DNA of 31,280 nt from Acidobacteriota bacterium (GTDB taxonomy: Bacteria > Acidobacteriota > Terriglobia > Terriglobales > Acidobacteriaceae). The notes beneath the pieces were generated by a model, which ran no database searches, was not told the origin of the DNA, and saw only the letters and a program-made list of their open reading frames with translations. This document shows positions 26,198 to 31,280 of the stretch, piece by piece. Numbering within the stretch: the stretch's first letter is position 1; each line of letters begins with the position of its first letter. The stretch is taken from assembly GCA_003223595.1 (NCBI GenBank), contig QHVR01000403.1, positions 1-31,280 of the forward strand, in the 5' to 3' direction. The position numbers were made by a program, and so were the translations under genes.

Positions 26198-27631
26198 ATG
26201 CCTGTTCCGGAAGCGACTTATGCAGGACGTCCTCAACTGGTCCGCGGCCTCACGCTGTTGCCGGCAATTGCGGTTGTCGTAGGCGACACAATCGGCACCG
26301 GAGTTTTTCTTGTCTCCAGCGATATGGCTCGGGTGGCCGGGTCCGCGCCCCGCGTGCTGGCAGCATGGGTGATCGGCGGATTCATCGTCCTATTTGGTGC
26401 GTTTTGTTACGCGGAGCTCGGGGCGGCTTTTCCCAAGGCAGGCGGACCCTACGTTTACCTCAGCCGCGGTATCGGCCCGCTTTGGGGATTTCTATTCGGC
26501 TGGATGAGTTCGTTTCTTGAGCGGCCGGTTGCCATGGCGACGTTGGCTGCGGGTATTGTGAGGTTCCTCAGCTTTTTGTGGCCGCCGATCGCGCATCCCT
26601 GGTTCACAGGTTATGTGGGCAGTTACAGATTCATCTTCACCACGGCTCAGCCATTGGCGGCGGTGGTGGTTGTGATCGCTACTGCACTGAACTATTTCAG
26701 CGTGCGGCTGAGTGGCGCGATTCAGGTTCTGCTTACGCTGTTGAAGGTGGCCGCAATTCTTGTCATCGTTGTCGCCGGGGCGGCGGTTGCATCGAGAATC
26801 AATTCTGCCGCCATGCCCGTAGTTCCAGCGCTGTTTAGTTTTGCGAGCTTCACCGCATTGCTCACCGCACTAGTGCCTGCGATGTGGGCTTACAACGGAT
26901 TCAATGACCTGGGCGATCTCGGAGAGGAAATCATTGACCCGCAGAAAAATATCCCGCGGGCAATCATTATTGGACTCGCCATTATCGCGGGCCTGTACCT
27001 GATGGCCAATGTAACCTATTTTCATGTCCTACCGTTCGCGTCGGTAGCGGCATCGGAGCACGTGGCCTCGGATGTAGTGCAATCGTTTTGGGGACCGCGT
27101 GGCGCGCAATGGCTGACCCTTGCGATGGCGATGTCGGCGTTGGGTGCGCTTCACGTCGTCATTCTTACCGGAGCGCGCATTCCATACGCGATGTCACGCG
27201 ACCGCCTGTTTTTCAAGTTTGCAGAGCGCCTGCATCCCTCGTTTCACACCCCAAGTGGATCGCTGCTATTTCTGGGCTCGGTGGCTGCCGCCCTGGCCTT
27301 GAGCGGAACTTTTGAAGAGCTCTACTCGCTATTTGTGTTTGCAGTGTGGATATTCTTCGCGTTGGCCGCCGTCGCGCTGCTGCGATTGCGGATGAAGCAA
27401 CCGCATTTGAATCGGCCTTATCGGGTGTGGGGATATCCGTGGACTCCGCTGATTTTTCTGCTCGCCGCAATCGCTCTCACCGTGAATCTTTGGACCGTGC
27501 GCCCGATTCGGTCCACCATTGGATTGCTGGTGATTGTGGCGGGAATTCCGTTCTACTACCGTTGGCGTAAAGGGATGGCGCTGCTTGCCAACTCGGAAGA
27601 AAGTGCAGTGCAACAAGAAGGCCGGCAGTGA
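26198..27631 (+). CDS. APC-superfamily amino acid permease
   Basis: VVGDTIGTGVF, YAELGAAFPKAGGPYVYL, AMWAYNGF, PQKNIPRA and RPYRVWGYP; about 12 hydrophobic segments. Confidence 0.93.
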   Translation: MPVPEATYAGRPQLVRGLTLLPAIAVVVGDTIGTGVFLVSSDMARVAGSAPRVLAAWVIGGFIVLFGAFCYAELGAAFPKAGGPYVYLSRGIGPLWGFLFGWMSSFLERPVAMATLAAGIVRFLSFLWPPIAHPWFTGYVGSYRFIFTTAQPLAAVVVVIATALNYFSVRLSGAIQVLLTLLKVAAILVIVVAGAAVASRINSAAMPVVPALFSFASFTALLTALVPAMWAYNGFNDLGDLGEEIIDPQKNIPRAIIIGLAIIAGLYLMANVTYFHVLPFASVAASEHVASDVVQSFWGPRGAQWLTLAMAMSALGALHVVILTGARIPYAMSRDRLFFKFAERLHPSFHTPSGSLLFLGSVAAALALSGTFEELYSLFVFAVWIFFALAAVALLRLRMKQPHLNRPYRVWGYPWTPLIFLLAAIALTVNLWTVRPIRSTIGLLVIVAGIPFYYRWRKGMALLANSEESAVQQEGRQ

Positions 27632-27661
27632 TGCCGGCCTCCATGCGTCCGCAAAATGAGT

Positions 27662-28265
27662 TTAGCGGTTGGTGCCACCCGTGTTGCCACTGGTGTTGCA
27701 CGATCCCGAGACTTTCTTCACTTTGGTCACGGTGAACATCTGACCGGCCGATCCCGTTCCGGCCGAGCCAGTAGCGGACTGTGAGCCAGCAGAAGATCCG
27801 GTGGACGCGCTGGCGCCCGTGGAGCCACTTCCGTAGCCGCTGGACCCAGATGTGCTGCCCTTCACTTCGACTTCGTTATTTACGTGTTGGCTCAGCTTCG
27901 AAGTATCGCCCGAAAGTTGGTATTGAGTTCCCGAAGCATCAGTCAACGTATAGCCGCCGCCGGAGCTGCTGAGGCAGCCGCGCAGCGTGGTATGGCCGCT
28001 GCCATTCTGTCCCGAGGAACCCGGGGCGCCAGCCGTCTGGCCATTTTCGCTACCGGTTTGGGGTTTGGCCCGTGGTTTGGGCTCCGCTCTGGGCGTCGCT
28101 CTGGCTGCCACTCTGGCTGCCTGCCTGGCCACTCGACTGTCCAGCTGAACTGGAGCTGCCGGTAGAGCCCGATCCGGTAGAGCCCGATGAGGATGGAGTA
28201 CCTTGCGCTGCCATCCAGGCAGTGCAGGCCAGGAAAGTGATGGTGAGTAAGATTGTCTTTGACAT
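27662..28265 (-). pseudogene. Secreted Gly/Ser-rich protein with DUF5818-like domain, interrupted by a +1 frameshift
   Basis: ATG 28265 has an AGGAG SD and signal peptide (MSKTILLTITFLACTAWMAAQ) but stops at 28050. The LRGCL...LTDASGTQYQLSGD...HVNNEVEVKG domain is in another frame. Removing one base of the C4 run (G at 28060-28063 on +) gives a 200-aa ORF. Confidence 0.75.
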
Positions 28266-28441
28266 TTGAATGCTCCTGTTTTTGTGCTGATTTTCGATGA
28301 CGATGTGGATCGCGTAATTTGGCAGGAACTCAGCGGCGGCCGGTTGGAATTGCTTAGCATCCTGGTGGGTGCGCTCTACCAACTGTTCTCTAACTCCGAG
28401 TTGAACAATGGCCTCGTTTCTCGGACGAGTGGGCGGAAATA

Positions 28442-28467
28442 GGATGAGTATGCCTGCATCGAGGTTG
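28442..28467 (-). promoter_or_regulatory. Putative ECF-like promoter CAACC-N16-CATCC
   Basis: GCAACC-tcgatgcaggcatact-CATCCTA, oriented toward the DUF5818-like gene but about 175 nt upstream of it. Confidence 0.4.
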
Positions 28468-28532
28468 CTGCCTGGAAAAGGCTCCTGCTTGCGCGGGGGG
28501 CATTCCAGCGTTGCTCCGGTATGCTTTGCCTC

Positions 28533-28557
28533 CAACCGTCTAGCGCTGACCGGCATC
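28533..28557 (+). promoter_or_regulatory. Putative ECF-like promoter CAACC-N16-CATC
   Basis: CAACC-gtctagcgctgaccgg-CATC, 21 nt before the yihY ATG 28579. Confidence 0.5.
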
Positions 28558-28578
28558 GCAAGACCGGTACTTTCTTCT

Positions 28579-29504
28579 ATGGCGGAGTCCGAGCTTACGG
28601 CTGATCAGCAGATCGAGTCCATTTGGGCTCTGGGAGGGCTGACATGGCGAGAGCTCATGCGGCGCGTCTGGGGAGGTATTAACCGGAACGACTTGATCAA
28701 TCGCGCTTACGAGCTGGCCTACAACTTTCTCATGGCTGTGTTCCCGATGCTGCTTTTCATGCTAGGGCTGCTGGGAATGCTGGCTTCGGAGGGCAGCAAA
28801 ATCCGTAGCGATCTCTTCTATTACTTTCAATTGGTGCTGCCACCGATGGCGTACAAGCTGCTCGTGCAGACACTTTCCGAGGTCACTCCCGCGTCGACCG
28901 GTGGAAAGCTGACATTCGGGTTACTGTTTGCCTTGTATTCAGGATCGGCAGGCATGACGCAGCTGATGTCCACGTTGAATGCGGCTTATGAAGTTCGCGA
29001 GGAGCGTTCATGGCTCAAAATTCACCTGGTCTCTCTCACGCTGACACTGGCCATGGCCGTTCTGCTTATCGCCGCGCTGTTCCTAGTGCTCGCAGGCGGG
29101 CAAGTGATCGCGTCTGCGGGACAAACCGTCGGATTCAATGGAGCTGCGTGGATTGTCATGAAAATTGTCCAGTGGGCGGTAGCCCTGGCCTTCGTGGTGT
29201 TCGCGTTTGCAAGCATTTACTACTTTGCGCCGAACGTACACGAACAGCATTGGTACTGGCTTACGCCGGGGTCGGTGGTGGGAGTTGGGATGTGGGCAAT
29301 CGCGTCGGCGTCTACCTGCGTTTTTTTAATACATACAGCAAGACGTATGGTTCGCTCGGAGCAGTGATCATACTTATGCTGTGGTTTTACTTGACGGGAC
29401 TTTCCTTCCTGATTGGCAGCCAGATCAATGCGACGATTGAGCATGCGGCTGCGGAACACGGCCACATTGAGGCGAAAGGGCCCGGGGAAAGAAAGGCTGC
29501 ATAG
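28579..29504 (+). pseudogene. yihY: YihY/virulence factor BrkB family membrane protein, frameshifted near 29310
   Basis: Frame 1 carries AYELAYNFLMAVFP, LNAAYEVREERSW and HWYWLTPG...WAIAS. The C-terminal VYLRFFNTYSKTYGSLGAVIILMLWFYL continues in another frame to 29504. Confidence 0.8.
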
Positions 29505-29533
29505 TGCCCTGTTAGCTGGTGGAGTAGCGCACC

Positions 29534-29563
29534 ACCACAGAGGACAAAGGGGATCACAGAGGA
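29534..29563. repeat. Single arm of a CACAGAGGA-type intergenic repeat
   Basis: accacagagga-caaagggga-tcacagagga, a roughly 10-bp periodicity resembling the 17622 element; lies between convergent genes. Confidence 0.45.
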
Positions 29564-29584
29564 AGAAGAAGTGGAGATCGCCGT

Positions 29585-30679
29585 TCAGGTTTGCTTGGGG
29601 ACGCTCGTGAGACCTGTGTTCGATTGCTGATGCGCTGAAGGATGATCCTGCAGCGGGAGTCTCCAGTTCCGCGCAGACACGTGGCCAGCGTGAACCCAGG
29701 CGAAGCGGGTGATCAGAGATCCTGCGATAGCGGACCATGATGCCCATTTGCGCAGCTTGGAGGAGCGCCGCTCGCCTCCGAATAGACTGGCGGCGCGAAG
29801 CAGCGTTGGCAGCGGACCCGAGAGCACGCCTCCCGTGCGAGTAATCACGCCGCTCGGTCCGTGCTTCAAAGGATCGAGATGATCATGGGAGCGGCTTTCG
29901 ATGCGCAGACCTTGCCAGCTTTCGAAAATGGCGGCGCCGAGTCCGAGAGCCTGTAGAGCGCGGCTCTTGCGGTGTCCCATCAGCTCCAGAATTCCCACCG
30001 CGGCGCCGAGTCCCGAAGCTGCGAAATGAAGTGGTAGATCTCCCGCATTGCTATTCCATACCGGAATAGCAGTCGCGCCGATCAGTACACCGGTGTAGTT
30101 TGAAAATGGAAGGCCGAAGAGCAGGGATGCGGCCTGACCGGCATTTTCCAGTACCTTCACCGGCAAGGATGGACCGTAACGGTCGGTGAGGAAACCGGCG
30201 AAAGCGGCAGCGGCGGCTCCGCTGGAAAATCCAAGTAGCGTCCAGACGCCTACCGACATGGGACTCTGCGGCTTGAAGACCCGCAACATGGCCAAGAAGC
30301 GTTCGGGCCGGCCTAAGTCGGCGATCAGGAGCGCAGGAGAGATCACCGATCCGGCAGCGGCGATCCAACGCGCGTGCTGAACCAGTTCACGATCCGCTCC
30401 GGTGTAATCGGCGATGGCACCAATCACCGCAGCGGCGCCGGCAGCTCCGCCAACGAAGAAGTAAAGCGGAATCTCCCAGGTCCAGGGCGGTTGCTTAAGC
30501 AGTGGGATGCCGTAATAACCGGTGTCGGGCGAGGCTTGCGGGAATGGCGCGCCGGCAGGACGCGGGCTGACGACTTGTAGTTTGCCGCGTCGTTCTGCCT
30601 CGCGTCTTATTTCGTCGAGCCGCTGCTCGCGCCGGGAATCGCCTGCTTCCATGTCGCGCAATCGTAGCAGATCGCTCAT
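29585..30679 (-). CDS. NrfD/PsrC family membrane anchor subunit of a molybdoenzyme complex
   Basis: WTWEIPLYFFVGG, LIADLGRPERF, SPMSVGVWTL and YTGVLIGATAIPVW; 4-nt overlap with the Fe-S gene. Confidence 0.9.
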   Translation of the reverse strand: MSDLLRLRDMEAGDSRREQRLDEIRREAERRGKLQVVSPRPAGAPFPQASPDTGYYGIPLLKQPPWTWEIPLYFFVGGAAGAAAVIGAIADYTGADRELVQHARWIAAAGSVISPALLIADLGRPERFLAMLRVFKPQSPMSVGVWTLLGFSSGAAAAAFAGFLTDRYGPSLPVKVLENAGQAASLLFGLPFSNYTGVLIGATAIPVWNSNAGDLPLHFAASGLGAAVGILELMGHRKSRALQALGLGAAIFESWQGLRIESRSHDHLDPLKHGPSGVITRTGGVLSGPLPTLLRAASLFGGERRSSKLRKWASWSAIAGSLITRFAWVHAGHVSARNWRLPLQDHPSAHQQSNTGLTSVPKQT

Positions 30680-31278
30680 CGCGCCCTCCCGTCGTGACGG
30701 GCTCCATCGGAAAGAAAAGCCACGAGGGTGCCGCCCAGCAGCAGGCCTGCGGCGATAGCGGACGAACGCCAGCTCTTTTTCAAATACACAGTCGGAACTT
30801 CCGGCGCCGGGGGAAGATTGTAGGTTCGAGGATCGCCGCGAACGATAAAGAAGGCATGCGTTCCTTCCACGCTGGTGTCAAGAGGATCATAGATGGTGGC
30901 ATCGCCCATGCCGCGCCGATGCAACTCTTCCACTCGCGACTGCGCCTCGCGGCGGAGATCTTCAATTTCTCCGAATTTGATGGATTCCGTGGGACAAGCT
31001 TTCGCGCACGCAGGCTGCAATCCGACTTTCTGTCGGTCATAGCAGAAGGTGCATTTGAAGGCGCGACCATCCTTCTCATTGCGCTCCACAACCCCAAATG
31101 GACACGCAGTGACGCAGTAGCCACAACCGTTGCAGACATCCGGTTGGATGAAAACTCCGCCGAATTCCGTCCGCACAATTGAGCCGGTGGGGCAAGCCTC
31201 GAGGCATCCAGCCTGCTCGCAGTGCTTGCAGACGTCAGAGGAAAAGCTCCACGAGTTGTGTTCTCCAGCGTTGCCGCC
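30676..31278 (-). CDS. 4Fe-4S dicluster subunit (formate dehydrogenase beta/DmsB-like), 5'-truncated by the window edge
   Basis: The frame is open to the window end: DVCKHCEQAGCLEACPTG...CNGCGYCVTACPFG...KCTFCYDR...PACAKACPT. Confidence 0.92.
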   Translation of the reverse strand, partial: GGNAGEHNSWSFSSDVCKHCEQAGCLEACPTGSIVRTEFGGVFIQPDVCNGCGYCVTACPFGVVERNEKDGRAFKCTFCYDRQKVGLQPACAKACPTESIKFGEIEDLRREAQSRVEELHRRGMGDATIYDPLDTSVEGTHAFFIVRGDPRTYNLPPAPEVPTVYLKKSWRSSAIAAGLLLGGTLVAFLSDGARHDGRAR

Positions 31279-31280
31279 AA

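Overview
A 31.3 kb chromosomal window of moderately high GC whose gene content and style suggest Acidobacteriota/Terriglobia (inference). No rRNA, tRNA, CRISPR array or transposase was seen. From left to right it carries hydantoinase B/oxoprolinase, a MerR regulator, a membrane diguanylate cyclase, an odd in-frame OmpR-regulator::MotB chimera followed by a sigma-28-driven cheR-HDOD-cheB cluster, two divergent secreted zinc peptidases, a degenerate PP2C phosphatase, a SurA-type PPIase, yhaM, a lipoprotein, a VPS10/BNR protein, MmcQ/YjbR, a CHAD protein, a CI/LexA-like regulator lacking its catalytic Lys followed by two tandem paralogous small helical proteins, a RidA/fold-type III PLP enzyme/APC permease cluster, two adjacent frameshifted genes (DUF5818-like, yihY) and the end of a 4Fe-4S/NrfD oxidoreductase operon. 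The strongest leads are: (1) the protease-dead XRE-S24 regulator with its paralog pair and operator-like palindromes; (2) the regulator::MotB fusion, which looks like a large flagellar-locus deletion scar or a misassembly; (3) a CAACC-N15/16-CATC promoter-like motif upstream of three genes; (4) two microproteins too short for the ORF track (MATKKKAKKKKH and a 53-aa CxxCxGxG zinc finger).
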